A DNA stretch of 64,000 nucleotides, taken from the NCBI GenBank assembly GCA_032718475.1, contig JAUCBJ010001482.1:1-64000 (forward strand), written 5' to 3'. The notes beneath the pieces were generated by a model. The model was given only the letters and a program-made list of their open reading frames with translations, was not told the DNA's origin and ran no database searches. The stretch's first letter is position 1; every line of letters begins with the position of its first letter. The position numbers were made by a program, and so were the translations under genes. This DNA is from Nemertoderma westbladi. Lineage: Eukaryota; Animalia; Xenacoelomorpha. This document shows, piece after piece, positions 1-12,571 of the stretch.

Positions 1-1336
1 AACGTCTAACACCATAAGTTGCAGTGCATGAAGAGCAACGAGCACCAAAAATGTGCACCAACATTGCATAAGTATCAATAGTACTGGCACCTGGAGATTG
101 CCAAAGAAACCGCAGGCTGTCAGAATCTTGTGGTGTGACCTTCACCTGATGGAACATGCTTTCTATGTCTGCGATGAAAGCAATAGCACCAATACGAAAT
201 CGCAATAATACCCCGACTATGGAACAACAAAGGCTGGGACCATCCATGAGTTGATTATTTAAAGAAACACCTTTGTATAGAGCAGAGCCATCATTAACAA
301 TTCGAATGTGTCCTGGTTTGTTAACATTTTCAACGAAATGATGGGGAAGATAGAATGTTTGAGGACCAGCAGGAATATCAGCTTCTGTAAGTTTACGAGC
401 AATCCCCTTAGAAATGTACTGGTCAATATTGTCCTGATAAAGCTGATATTTGTCAGGCTTATCCTTTAATCGTTTCAAAAGACTAAGAACACGGGACATA
501 GCTAAGGGGTAATTATTGACAAGCTTAGGGGGATATTGCTTCCAAAGCATTCCGATTTGGTAGCGATGATCAATAAGTTTGGTTGATTCTTTGAGCATCT
601 CTAGTGCTTTGAGTTCGTCCCTAGAATAAGCTTTGTCTTCATCATTTTCCATAAGAAAATCAGATGGAGTAGTTGTACCGAATTTATCTAGTCCTAAGAA
701 TTGATTAAGTTGTAGTTCCAGTTCCTTACTGAGTAGAGTTGTTTCCTTTGCAACTATGTGATGGACACTAACACTGGGAAGATGGGAAACATTTCCCACA
801 GGGCCAATTACACACCAACCAAAGGGAGTATGGATAGCAGAAGGTTCTGAGTTAGGATGTTCAGGCCACTTATGCTTATCGCGAAACAAAGCCTGGGGGT
901 AATTTGCACCTATGAGGACAGTGATGGATGGAATGTCCACTTTGGGATGAGCCAATTCCAAAGAGAGGGGGAAAAGATGAGGAAAAGTTTGCAGGTCAAT
1001 GTGCTTGCTGTCATGAAGAAACTCACGCTTAATATTTGAAGTTACATAGACCTTGTCGAACCTCATAACTAAGTTTGGATCAGTATCTAACTTGCCAGGA
1101 ACAGGAGTTACTGAACATGATACCTCCCCGACTGAGACAGGTTTATCAATATCTAACAATGTACTCAATCGTAATGATGTTTGACGTGGGATTATACCAA
1201 CATGGTCAATGACAGATTTGTCAATGAAAGATGAAGTAGAACCGTCATCCAATAAGGCAAATGTAGAAACACTTTCCTTGTCGAAAGAAAGCCTAATTGG
1301 AACAACCGAAAGCCAGACAGAGGGGGTCTGTTTCGA
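1..1336 (-). pseudogene. pol: BEL/Pao pol (protease and RT N-terminal part), shifted +1 from gag at a T6 run; truncated by the window edge
   Basis: The alternative frame reads SKQTPSVWLSVVPIRLSFDKESVSTFALLDDGST...AIHTPFGWCVIGP...YAMLVHIFGARCSSCTATYGVRR. Confidence 0.85.
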
Positions 1337-4300
1337 AAAAAGGACCTCCAGAGTCAACAATGGATGACATGCCAACCTGTTCTGATTCTTCTGATGCTAT
1401 AGATCCTTGTACAAAGTTTGAATCTGTAGTGATTTTCTTAGCAGGTGATTTGCTAGTTTCCTTTGAAGTAGTGCTATTCTTATTCATAGAACTTGAAGAA
1501 GAATTGTTGGACTTTGTCTTTGCAGCATCAGGATTATGAAGGCTTGTATGGTGTCGTTTGGAACATCCAGGAGTCCTACAATGGTATTTAGAGGTACAAG
1601 TTGAAGGGTTATGGTCATAATAAAGACAATTATAACACAATTTCTTATCCTGAACAACTTTCTTTCTGTCAGCAAGAGATAATTCAAGATATTCTGGACA
1701 TGAAGAAATACCATGATCTAAACCATTACACTTCATGCATTTCCTTGTGGATGTTTTTATGGTATCTATATTAAGGGTAGTGACCTTAGGTTTTGGTTCA
1801 GTAGGTGCTAGCGACCTTTGACTTGGTTGATTTTGTGCAGTAGAAGTAGACGAGTATGTGGACGAGTGGGAACTATGGGGAACATACACAGGGTCATTGA
1901 TGACCTCTGCTTCTTCATCTACGAATGCTGCTAGTACTTGGAGGGTAGGTTCATGGTTACCATGGGAGCGTCGATAACTACGAGCATGGCGGCACCACCT
2001 ACGATGGATGTCTGGTGGGAGATTGGATGCAACTTGTTTGAGATTGGCTGAAGAGTTCATCTCATTGCTATCTGATAGTTGCTGAAGAACTGCAACATTA
2101 GACATAATATTATCAGCATAATTACGGAGTCGTTCTCTACGCTGGGTTGCTGATCCACCTAAATCTGTCTTGACAGTAAGTTTATCAAGAATAGTTTGGA
2201 TAATGACACTAGGGTGGCCATATCTGTTATGAAGGGCCATCCAAGCACTGGAGTATCCGTTAGGAAGACCACTATACATTTCAATAAGGGTATGAGCCTT
2301 GCCTGTGGTATACTGCAAGAGATAATTCAATTTATCATATTCATCAAGAGGTTTGGAATCTATCTGAGCTCTGAAAGTTGCCAAGAAAGAAATATAGTTG
2401 GCAGGATTGCCATCAAAAGACTTTGGTTGAGGAGGTGGAAGAGAAAGCTTAGTGTTAAGTTTGTCCAAAGTATCAAGAGTCTTTGAAAATATACCATCAA
2501 CAGAGGAAGAATTTATGTTTGATAAATTTGGATTGATATAACTGCTACCACTGGGAGGAAGACCGGTAGAAGGACATCCATAGCCCCCTTGACTATGGAA
2601 GGGATGATTTGGCTGAGAAGGTCCCCCCATGGCGATATGTGGGGACATACTATAAATACCTATATCCCCAGTAGGCTGGCCTGAGAAAGAATTGTATCCA
2701 CTTATTGGGTTGGATGGATGAGAGTGGTTGCCACGACCTACATTATGATTGATATGGTAACTAGATAATAATTCAGTAGTCAACGGTGTTGTAATTGACA
2801 TATTGCTACTGGTATTACTATTATTAACACTAGGTCTAGGATAACTATCTACATTAGGGACAATCCTAGTACTATAAGCGTTACTAAGGCTAGGAAGGCT
2901 ATATATAGATTGCTGTGTAAAATAAGGTGTAGGCACTACAGTTACAGGGGTATTAATATCAGTATGCTTACCAACTATAATAGGCCTATTACTAATAGCT
3001 AAACTTGGCAGTGGCAGAATTGGTGATAAACAGGGGGTAGAAGCGGGATTAAACATTATATTAGGCATGCTGGGGCCAGTATTAATTGCTGAAAAATTGT
3101 TTTCAGTTTTAAGCCCCGCCGGCTGAATAAAGGGGTTTGGAATTGCAGGTTTCTCTTTGAAGTCTACTAGATCTCGTTCAGCCATTTCCTGCTCGGCTTG
3201 TTCCAATTTTAATTTAGATAGATCTAATTTGTCTTTGGCCTCTAATTCAGCACGTCTTATATTTTGTTTGGCCTCTAATTCAGCACGTCTTATATTTTGT
3301 TTGGCCTCTAGTTTAGCAATTGCATGTTCTTGCTTAAGCCTGTTATAACTCTGGGTAGCTGTAGAAGATACACGAGAACCGTTTGAATGTACACTATCAG
3401 CCATAGAATGCGTACGTGTTCTATGTCTACTAGGCTGTAATGGTAATTGGTTAGATTCAAACGCATTCTGAGAAACAGAATAAGGATTTGTATTACTAGT
3501 AATGGTAGTATTTTGAGTGACAGGCCTACCTGTTTGTACGTTAGTGGTACTAGGCCTAGGCGGGTTATTTATACTTATACCAGTACCTGGGATGATTTGC
3601 GGTGCAGTGCCAGATATAGCAGGCTGTCAAGACAAGAAACCGGGTTCGTGTATATATGGTTTGAATTCCTGAAATTTGGACATAATTTCGGTATTCACTA
3701 TGACACACTGAGCACGCAAATATTCCGCAGGTTCGGGCATATTGATGTCGTTATATATATCAGCGTTTGATTGAAAGGAAGACAACATTTTATTATAGCT
3801 GTCTAGACAAGTAGAAAATAAACTTTGTACGATTTTGGAATCCATTTCAGCACCAGAAATTTGAGCTTTCTGTTTAAGTGAAATAAATTCATTAAATGTT
3901 TTAGAGAATTTTGATTTATAACCCCTGATGGTACCTTTTATTGTCTGTAAATTGGGCACCACCAGTAAGCTTTGGCCCTGCATTTTTCCATTACCGGAAG
4001 TAGGCCCACCGGTACCGGAAGTAGGCCTACCGGTACCGGAAGTAGGCACACCGGTAGCAGAAACCCTTTGGCGTACCGGTACAGTGTCGGAGGTAGGCCT
4101 AACTACAGGATTTCTTTGCCTACCGCTACCTGTTGGGTTTGTCGGTCTACTGTCGTCATTGTCAGAGTGAATGTTAATGGCAGTGGAGTGGAGCTGGAGA
4201 TGGTCGGTTGTACTTACACCTATACTCGCCGGATCCGGATCATGATAGGCTTGGCTGTCGTCGATGATACCGTTTTCCGAACCGTCCGAAATGTTCGGAT

Positions 4301-4358
4301 TGACCAGAGTTTCATCCATGATGTTAGATATAGACGCGCCCGCGTCCGTAAATACCAC
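1293..4358 (-). pseudogene. gag: BEL/Pao gag region interrupted by one in-frame TGA
   Basis: ORFs 3627-4358 and 1293-3404 are in the same frame. Hand translation between them is open except for TGA at 3629-3627. Contains a coiled-coil, Pro/Ser-rich linker, DUF1759-like domain and knuckles such as CMKCNGLDHGISSC and CYNCLYYDHNPSTC. Confidence 0.85.
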
Positions 4359-4729
4359 GATATACGCAGGCCTGTTGGCCTAACGTGCAGCAGTAGCCTA
4401 TCTGCCTATTGCCTACCTACCACTACCACTGCTGCTGCTACCAGACACCCTACTCTAGGCCTAATTTACTGAACCTACTGTCAATGCCTGAATGCTGCAA
4501 TGTCAGCAGGCGGTAAGGTGGTAACAGACTGGCAGAGGCGTTAGGGCTTGTGAAGGAGAACAGAAAAAAGCATAGGCCCAGGCCTATGTGCATGTGCAAT
4601 AAGCATAAATTGCAGTCAGTACGGCTACAGCCAGACAGCAGTAAAGCGCAGTATTTCTTTTTTAATACCGATACGTTATTAATAAAAAAAATGATTTAGA
4701 AATTTATAATTATTTCTTTTGAACAAAAC

Positions 4730-5387
4730 TGTCCCGGCTAAACAGTGGGAAAGCGGTTTGGGTCGCTTTTGGTTATTTTATGAGGCTTTGCCGGTAAAAC
4801 CTTCATTTGGCGGCTGCAATACTAACGCCCGTCAGCCCGTATTCTACCGTGCTGGCGCGCTTGGCGTAATTTCATCACCTGAGCATGTAAACGTTAATTG
4901 CCAATGGCCTTTAAAATAAATATTCTTTATTATAAAACCTTCAGTTTATTTATTTCCTAAATCAGGCATGTCACTAAATCGAAATGAGCCAAAAAGGGAT
5001 GACAATAATCATGCAGTGTAGTGATGAAAATGGAACGCACACGCACAGTTCAAAAGAAATACTGGCGTTTATACAGCCGCATAGACGGGTGTCTAAGAGA
5101 CTGCTAGAAACAGATAAGGGATAAAGTAGCTACTGACAGATGCAGTCAGTAGCTGGTGGACACAGAGCAGAAAGTCTGATGTCCGTGTGATTCTATTCAT
5201 CAGAATGAATGAATGAATGAATGAAATAGCAGTACGTCCAGTATTTATAGGTGACAGAGTGAAGAATGTATAAAATTATTAGTGTTGGCGGGAAATTTGA
5301 ATGTTAATGAAGATAATGATAATGAATGAAATATATAAGATATTTTTTACGTTTTTTGAGGGGGTAAGGACGCCGAAAGCCGTGACA
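4730..5387 (-). repeat. 5' LTR of BEL/Pao element 1
   Basis: Minus-strand termini TGTCACGGCT...AGCCGGGACA form a 9/10 inverted repeat. TATA-like CTATAAATA at ~5250-5242, (TCAT)n Inr-like tract at ~5220, AATAAA motifs at ~4925-4950. The partner LTR lies outside the window. Confidence 0.8.
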
Positions 5388-5445
5388 AGGCGTACTTTGG
5401 TCAATTAGAGCGTTTAATTATTAATTATTATTATATTAGTTTTAC

Positions 5446-5700
5446 TTGCTGGGCTGGGAACTCGATAGGATTGGAGCCGATATTGAGTCCGTGTAGAGTC
5501 CGTATCCTACCCAGCGGGGTGGGCAGCTGGGTGAGTCGGTTCCCGTCCAGCAGGAGACAACGCAGACGCCGCAGGTAGCCCACGGTGTCCGGCAGGTGGG
5601 CGAGCTTGTTGAATCGGAGATCGAGCCAGCGCAGGTTGGGCAGATCGGCCAACAACTGACTCGGGATCTCGGAGATGAGGTTTCCATCAAGGTAAAGATG
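5446..5700 (-). CDS. LRRC27: LRRC27-like, coding exon 3 (four LRRs)
   Basis: Acceptor TTATCTCCTCAG, donor GTAAAA, 255 nt. HLYLDGN..PNLRWLDLRFNKL..LLLDGN..LNIGSNPIEFP resembles remembered vertebrate LRRC27 (LPNLTWLDLRYNRI..LLLERN..PLEFPP). Confidence 0.85.
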
Positions 5701-6234
5701 CTGAGGAGATAAAGTCAAAAATATTTAATTAAATCTGCGAAACTACTTTATTTAACTATTAAGTTTATTAATTTAACTATTTATTTAACTATAAAGCTAT
5801 TTACTTTACATTATATTCATAAGATCATAACCTCTCTCATCTACGTGGTGGTGGAATATAATACAAATACAATACACTAAAAAGCAAAATACATTTTGAA
5901 ATATTTTCAAGATTTCTGACTTTCGACCAAAAGGATAACGTGGAAGCGAAGGTAAACCGAATCTCTTCTCTCTTGGCTGTTACCTGAATCGCGGGTATGG
6001 CGGCACTCGCAGGAGGCCACTCGCTAGAAGCATTCCCATGTCGATGAATTGATCTGGGGGCGAAACGACAACTGCCTAGCTGCAATATTTAATCAAACCA
6101 GGAACCCAAACCATACAGCTAGATGTTAAAGGAATGATCCACCAACTCTTCGTGAAATATGTCAATAAAGGGTACGGAAGTTACCGAAATTAAGGGAAAC
6201 TAATAAAAGATACAGTTTATTTCAGTATTTTTAC

Positions 6235-6395
6235 CTCAAGTTGAGTCAACTGATCCAAATTCTTCGGTATTTCCTCCAACTTTAGATTGGACAGAATTAG
6301 TTCCTTGCACCCCGTCTCCAATGCCGCCTTGATAATCTCGACAGCCGCCCGCTGTCCCGATGAGATTTTAGGCAACTCTAAATCGTATTCGTAAC
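6235..6395 (-). CDS. LRRC27: LRRC27-like, coding exon 2 (YEYDLELPK...ELILSNLKLEEIPKNLDQLTQLE)
   Basis: Acceptor TTTTGTATTGTAG, donor GTAAAA. 161 nt, phase 1 to 0. Contains an LRR cap and the first LRR. Confidence 0.82.
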
Positions 6396-6640
6396 CTACA
6401 ATACAAAAGGGGAAGTAAACAATATAATTGTTCGCAGTTTGCGTTATTGGCAAAAATAATGCCAAATCGGCACTGGGTTAAAGTTTAAAGATACAGGGGA
6501 CCTCCACCACCCACTCAAGTCAAATGGGAGAATGATTGACAGATTGACAAATTCCGTTTGGCAGTTTGGTAAATCACCCAAAGCAGCACATTTCTACACA
6601 GAAAGCTTTTCCGATATAGATGCAAAAACTAGGCCTATAA

Positions 6641-8326
6641 CAGTCTAATTTGTCAAATTTGACATTTTGCTTTTCAAATTTGACATTTCATGCTAAATTT
6701 GACATGGAAAAAGAGAAAAAGTGCTTTGGGAGTTCAATTATTTAATTGGGCATCTGAATTTTTATATGTAGACATTAATTTGCCATTTGAACATTTTCAC
6801 CAGGGGTAATTGAAATTCACCAAGAATTTTTTGAAATAATTACGTTTTAAATTCTGCAAGATTCAAATTTGACATGACATTCCAAATTTGACATTTAATA
6901 TTATACCAGTCTGCCAGTGCCAGTAGTATAAAATATACTGATATAAGACGATTTGATGTTGAAGGTTTATTATTAAATCTGTTTAATTGATCCAACATCA
7001 ATTTTAATTATTAGGCCTATAGCTTTATATTTTAAACTGGACAACTGATGAAATGAAAAATGGGATATTTAATTACGGATTCCTTCTGGAAAGGAGCAGG
7101 TTACAAAGACACATTATTTTAACCAAAACAATAAACTAAACACAATAGAACAGGTTACAGTTTAATTTTTGAGAGTAATCAACTGTTAATTGTGTCCAAT
7201 TTCCCCTGGAGAGGGATGCAATTTTATTGAGTCCAGTCCCCCCCCCCCCCCCCCTAAATAACAGTTTAATAACAGTAAGAATAACAAAATATAACAATAA
7301 CAATAACACAACAGTGACCTAATTTAACTTGATAAATAACAGTTCAGTTCACCATTCTTAGCTTACCGTAGTTTAATTATATATGGCATTATTATTTCAA
7401 ATGGAAGGGGGGGGGGGGTGAGGCGTCAATTAATCAATTATATAAATTTTATATTGCGGCCAGACAGACTGACCTAGAGCCAAACATAGGTTAAGGTTGA
7501 AAGCTGGCTGAATAGAAATCATGGAAATGACATTTAATAACTAACCCGCAATCTTTAATCGCAATCTTTAAAAATAAACAAGAATCTGTAAATTATTTAA
7601 AGAACACAAATCATTGTTATATTATATCTACATGCAATTTCGGAACTCAATATCAATACAATTTATGAACCACAAAAGATTAGGACTACTGTAGTGCAAT
7701 ATAATATATATTCTAATGGCTGAATGTTATGAAATGAATGATTCAGAACAGACTATTCATCAGTTTCAGGCTCCTCTCCTCTTCTATGGTACCTATTGCT
7801 CATATCTTGTTGGATTTGGAAGTACAAATCGACTAGTTCTTGTTTTTCCTGGACAATTTAAGGAGTTCTGAGTATTCTACGAAATCAGACTGCCAATTAG
7901 ACAAAATATCTATCAATTTTTCTTGCAGTTGCTCCGCAGTTAATTTTGCAATTGCTTCTGTTTTTACATATCGTTACATATGGGATAGGCAGGCATATGT
8001 AGCATTTCCATCGAACTCGACTTGCTCACAGAGGGATTGCTCGTACACATACATTACCTGATTATATTTTTACTGAATAACTAAAGAAAGTACTATTAAC
8101 TATTTGTTTAACTATTAAGTCAGTAAGTACCCTACTGCCCTACTATCAACTACCAACTACCCGAATTTGCCTTGACATCTGTCTTTTAATTATGCCTATA
8201 GCAGTAGGCCTATAGATATAATTTAAACAACGAAATGGCAATTTTGACATTAGTGACAAATTTGACATGCCACATGTCAAATTTGACATAATGTCAAATT
8301 AAGCCGGCAGGCCGGGAACCAGACTG
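6641..8326. mobile_element. Putative non-autonomous DNA transposon in LRRC27-like intron 1
   Basis: Ends CAGTCT...AGACTG, both flanked by TATAA. Clusters of TTTGACAT/ATGTCAAA subterminal repeats at 6645-6900 and 8240-8300. Confidence 0.45.
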
Positions 8327-8847
8327 TATAAAGGCCGGAGGCACGGGGTAAGCTACTGCTACACCTTATTGCTGTATTCTGTTATTGGCATGTTGAAGCT
8401 TGGAGCTCTGAAGGTAAGGTAGGCATGTACTGATGTAGGCTACGCACGCCAGACAGCTAGGCAGGCTAGGTACCCGCTAGAGAAGATCCATACCAAACTA
8501 GACAGGGCATTCCCGCTTTCAGGAACCATCATTCAATTAACCTTATCGTGACTTGATCGCAAACAGAGCACCAGTCAGCCAGTGAAAGACCAAACTGCCA
8601 AAAGACCTTTTACTGTTTTAGTAGGCCTATCAACAGATCAAGTTCAGAAGTTGTTTTTATATAGGAATATAATTGCTAGAATTGCTGAATTGTGGATCAG
8701 TCATACTGTTAGAATATAGGAATATGGAATGGACGTACAGACGTGGAGTAGCCTACCTAACGCAGTACGGTAGGCAGTCAGGCAGTACGGTACCGGTACC
8801 CGCAAGCAGACCCGTACGACTGTACGATATTTTTTATTTAAGCTTAC

Positions 8848-8917
8848 CCTCAGAATCGGCCTCTGTTGGTACCTCAACTGCCTCCACAAAGTCTTCGTGA
8901 CTGGAATTTTCAGTCAT
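8848..8917 (-). CDS. LRRC27: LRRC27-like leucine-rich-repeat protein, coding exon 1 (MTENSSHEDFVEAVEVPTEADSE-G)
   Basis: ATG at 8917. Donor GTAAGC at 8847. Phase 1 matches the acceptor of the next exon. Confidence 0.65.
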
Positions 8918-9328
8918 CGCGATCACATCATCGGTCATCACTCAGTCACTCCAGCACTCCGTTATACAGTCTGACAGTTATACTACAGTACTACCGGTAC
9001 CAGACTATTGCTGTACTGTCAGACTGTACTAACTGACCAATCCCATAGGGCCTAATTCGCTTTCCACAACTGACAACTCCTGAACTCTAAAACCCCAACA
9101 ATTAGCAATGAGCCTACCTAAATACACCATTACTGTAATATCAGAATACTGCAGGCAGAACTGGAATATGCAATGCAATTCCTACAGCTGTACAGAGGAT
9201 TGATGAAAGGCAGGTAGGTGGTATTAAACATAAAATTTGTGTTTTAAAAGTAATATACGCAGTATTTTATTCCAAAATTGTAACATTACTCAACTCAACG
9301 CCGTTAGTATTAACAGTGAGTTGTAATT

Positions 9329-10270
9329 TAGCACTTTACTACTTTAGAGGACATTACAGCATTGTATTGGCCTGTACATTTAGCTGTTTAGTATTGTATT
9401 TGGTGTTATTGATTACGTGGTAACCCATGGCAAGTAATGTCCACTAAGGGGACATTACTTAAAGCCGTCATTGAATACCACGTAAATAATAGGTGGGAAT
9501 TTGCCTGACAGTCAGATAGGCCTACTGCATTACCTACCGGTAGACGGGGTATAGCTATTAATAAGCAGCTATGTAGGGCCTAGCTATATTATTATAACAT
9601 ATGGCTCCAAAACGCCACCATAAATATAGGCTAACTTATTTATAACATAATTTATGTCATTTTTACATTTATTTATACAGCAACTAATATAATTTGTGCA
9701 GTTTCTATCACTTGTAATGTATATGTACAATCATTTCGTAATGTTACAATTTTAGAATAAAACGACATACATACTTGTTGCAAAGTACTTTACAGTGTTC
9801 TGATCCTCGTGGCTTTATTTTCACTCACTCACTAACTTTCGTTCGTGTAACAAAGCCACTCGGATCATCACTCTGTAAAGTGCTACTTTACACACAAGTA
9901 TTTAAAAAGTTATTATTCAAAAATTGTAAATTACTCAATGTCGTTAATACTAAAAGCTAGTTTTTATTTAGCACTTTACTATACTTTAGAAGACATTACA
10001 GCATTGTATTGGCCTGTACATTTAGTATTGTATTGGTGTATACTATTTATGTAATATGTACCGACGTCGGCGAGACCGTAAAGTCACGCCGTCATGGCAT
10101 GGTTACCACTTAAACAATAATTGGAATTTATTATTAATTGCCTGACTGCATTACCTATCGGTAGTTATTAATAACCAGTAGCTATAAACTATTAACATAG
10201 CTCCAAACGCCACCATAAATATAAGCTAACCTTTTTATAACATCATTTATGTCATTTTACATTTATTTTA
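9329..10270. repeat. Diverged direct duplication (~9329-9675 vs ~9969-10270)
   Basis: Shared blocks TAGCACTTTACT..GACATTACAGCATTGTATTGGCCTGTACATTTAG, CTGCATTACCTA and CTCCAAA.CGCCACCATAAATATA. Confidence 0.75.
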
Positions 10271-12571
10271 TGGAATTATATCTCAAATAGATCCATAAAA
10301 ATTTTGAAATATTTAGTTTGAATTTATTTGCATTATTTTCCATTTAAATAGTTAAGTTTTTACGTTATTCAAAGATTATATTACGAAGTCCTTGTTGCAT
10401 TGGTATAGATATTTGTACAAAATTGTTCAAGTGGTTCAGTAGCTCATGCTGTCATGAGTAGGAATGCCTAAGGTGCGTGGTAGCGTGCTAAGGTCGGTGG
10501 TAGCGTGCTAAGGTCGGTGGTAGCTTGTCTTTAAGGTGCGTGGTAGGGAGCTGCTAAGGTAAGTGTAAAATCCAGTGAGAATATTGAGTTCTCTGGTAGT
10601 AGAGGGAAATTTAAATTCTATAAATTGTACTTTCAGTGACGCTGCTTATCTATACGCTATACCTGCCTTAGGCTGTTAGGGGTCTATTATAAGCCTATTA
10701 TTATAGCAATAGGTAGAGGATGTTTAAAGGCAGAGGCTGTTTAATATACCTATCGGTACTGTAGGGTTAGGGGTTCAATAGCTTCTCTATTATTCAAAAT
10801 TCAGCCCAAGGCATCCTATATCATGACATCTGATGTAGGCTAGGCCCTATTCTTTATTATTACTGTATTACTGTATTATCACTGCATTATTATGCGATTA
10901 TTATTATACCCGATTATTATTCACGGATTAAAACAGCAATATCTCAAAATAGATGTTCTAAATGTTCTAAACAATTGATATGGATATTACACACGCAATT
11001 GTATATTGTCGGCATGACAAAGCAATATGGCATGGGCGGTTGACTTAGAGAGAGAAGTTAGGAATTTTCAACGGGATTTAATTGGCAAAGTTAATACATT
11101 TGAAGTAAAATATGGTGGTGGTGAATATTATAGAGCTGAAATTATAATACATAGTAATAATATGATTGACAATAACTTCTATTACCTTCCTTACTAAATT
11201 TCCTTACTAAATTATTATGTCGGGACATGAAAGCTAATGGTTATTCATTAAAACAACTCCGGAAGGAAATTCAAACTCAGGATATCCGGAGTAATCGACG
11301 ACATCATTTCAGGAGCTATCAGTTGATTGGTCCACCCTTGCTGTTATCGTGTGAAGAGAACCATCAACCCAGACGTGGTAAATCAACGTTATCTTTACCT
11401 CTGCCATTTCCAGGACCAAATTCCATTGGCCATGCAACTAATAATACTTGATAGCGACAGCGATGAGTAAGATGGATGGATATATAGTATATACCGTTAA
11501 ACTTTAACTGGAGTGGAGATTATTTTGTCCTGCTTATTGTATGAAATAATATCATTAAGATTGTTAATATGTTAAAAAAACTTTAAATGTTAAAAAGGCG
11601 GCCCGAGTGGTTGTTCGTTGCTAAGGACGATACCGATCTCAACCAATGGATGGATGGGTTGGCGGCGCTATGTGGGGGCGCTGGCACCGAGGGATGGGAT
11701 TCTAAATCACTGACATTCCATTGCTTAATGGTTGAGGCGATTATGTCTACGTTTCCATGTTATAAATTTGGCGCTTATTAATGTTGGAGTAAATAAATTA
11801 TAAAAAATATGGCCTACGTTCTTACAATGTCCATTACGAGGTATTGTTGTTCTTTTTTATATCTGTGTCTTTATTCTCGTTTCTTAAAAGTTATTATAGC
11901 GCAGATTATTTCCCACTCCTGCATTGTTTATAGATTCATTATTTTTATCAATGAAATTGAATTTTTAATAAATGTAAAAACTTTATCGGCAATGTTTTCT
12001 GTTTACTGGAAATGTTATTTTTATTCTAGAAAAATTACATTATGTATAGTAATAGTCTATCGTTGAAGTTATTACATCAAAGTATATATCTTTAACGTTT
12101 CTTGTATCTTTTCTTTCTTTGTTTTTTTGTATCTTTATTCGCCGTAATTTACTCGAACCACCTGTGTTATATTGTCCGACAGTGTTTGCCACTCACTTTC
12201 TCTGACATTGTCCGATAATGTCTTTCAATTATGATAATGAAATATTGACGAATGTATATGTGGGGCTGCGCATTAACGATGGGGTGACATGAGTTCAAGT
12301 ATAGTGTATGTATATTATCAGAAGAGCAAACCAAGCATTAGGCCTAGACAGCTAGATGATAGGGTAGTACAGAATACAGAAGGCAGTATGATTACTGGAA
12401 TACTATGCATACTTACTTCCCGGTTTCCTAGGCTGCCAAGCAACGAAAAGCGTTGTTAAGCAACGATATAAACAAATGAGTTTGTGGCATGAACTAAATT
12501 TCGGTTACATAATTCGTATTATTGGGCCATGTAAAATGGAGTTGCGTTTGGGTATGAATTGTCTACGTGTA

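Larger units (their letters stand above)
1..5387 (-). mobile_element. BEL/Pao LTR retrotransposon, 5' portion (runs off the left edge), inserted in intron 3 of the LRRC27-like gene
   Basis: LTR at 4730-5387. Gag with DUF1759-like segment (PKSFDGNPANY..F..TF) and three Cys/His knuckles, protease ALLDDGST, and Pao-type RT motifs (FYLPHH, RIVNDGS, VHIFGARCS) on the minus strand. Confidence 0.93.

Noticed and set aside
5913-6130. GC-rich intronic island as an HDV-like ribozyme, snoRNA or cassette exon (5984-6053)
   Set aside because: P1/P3 pairings could not be built. The candidate exon is 70 nt with an in-frame stop and has no other support.
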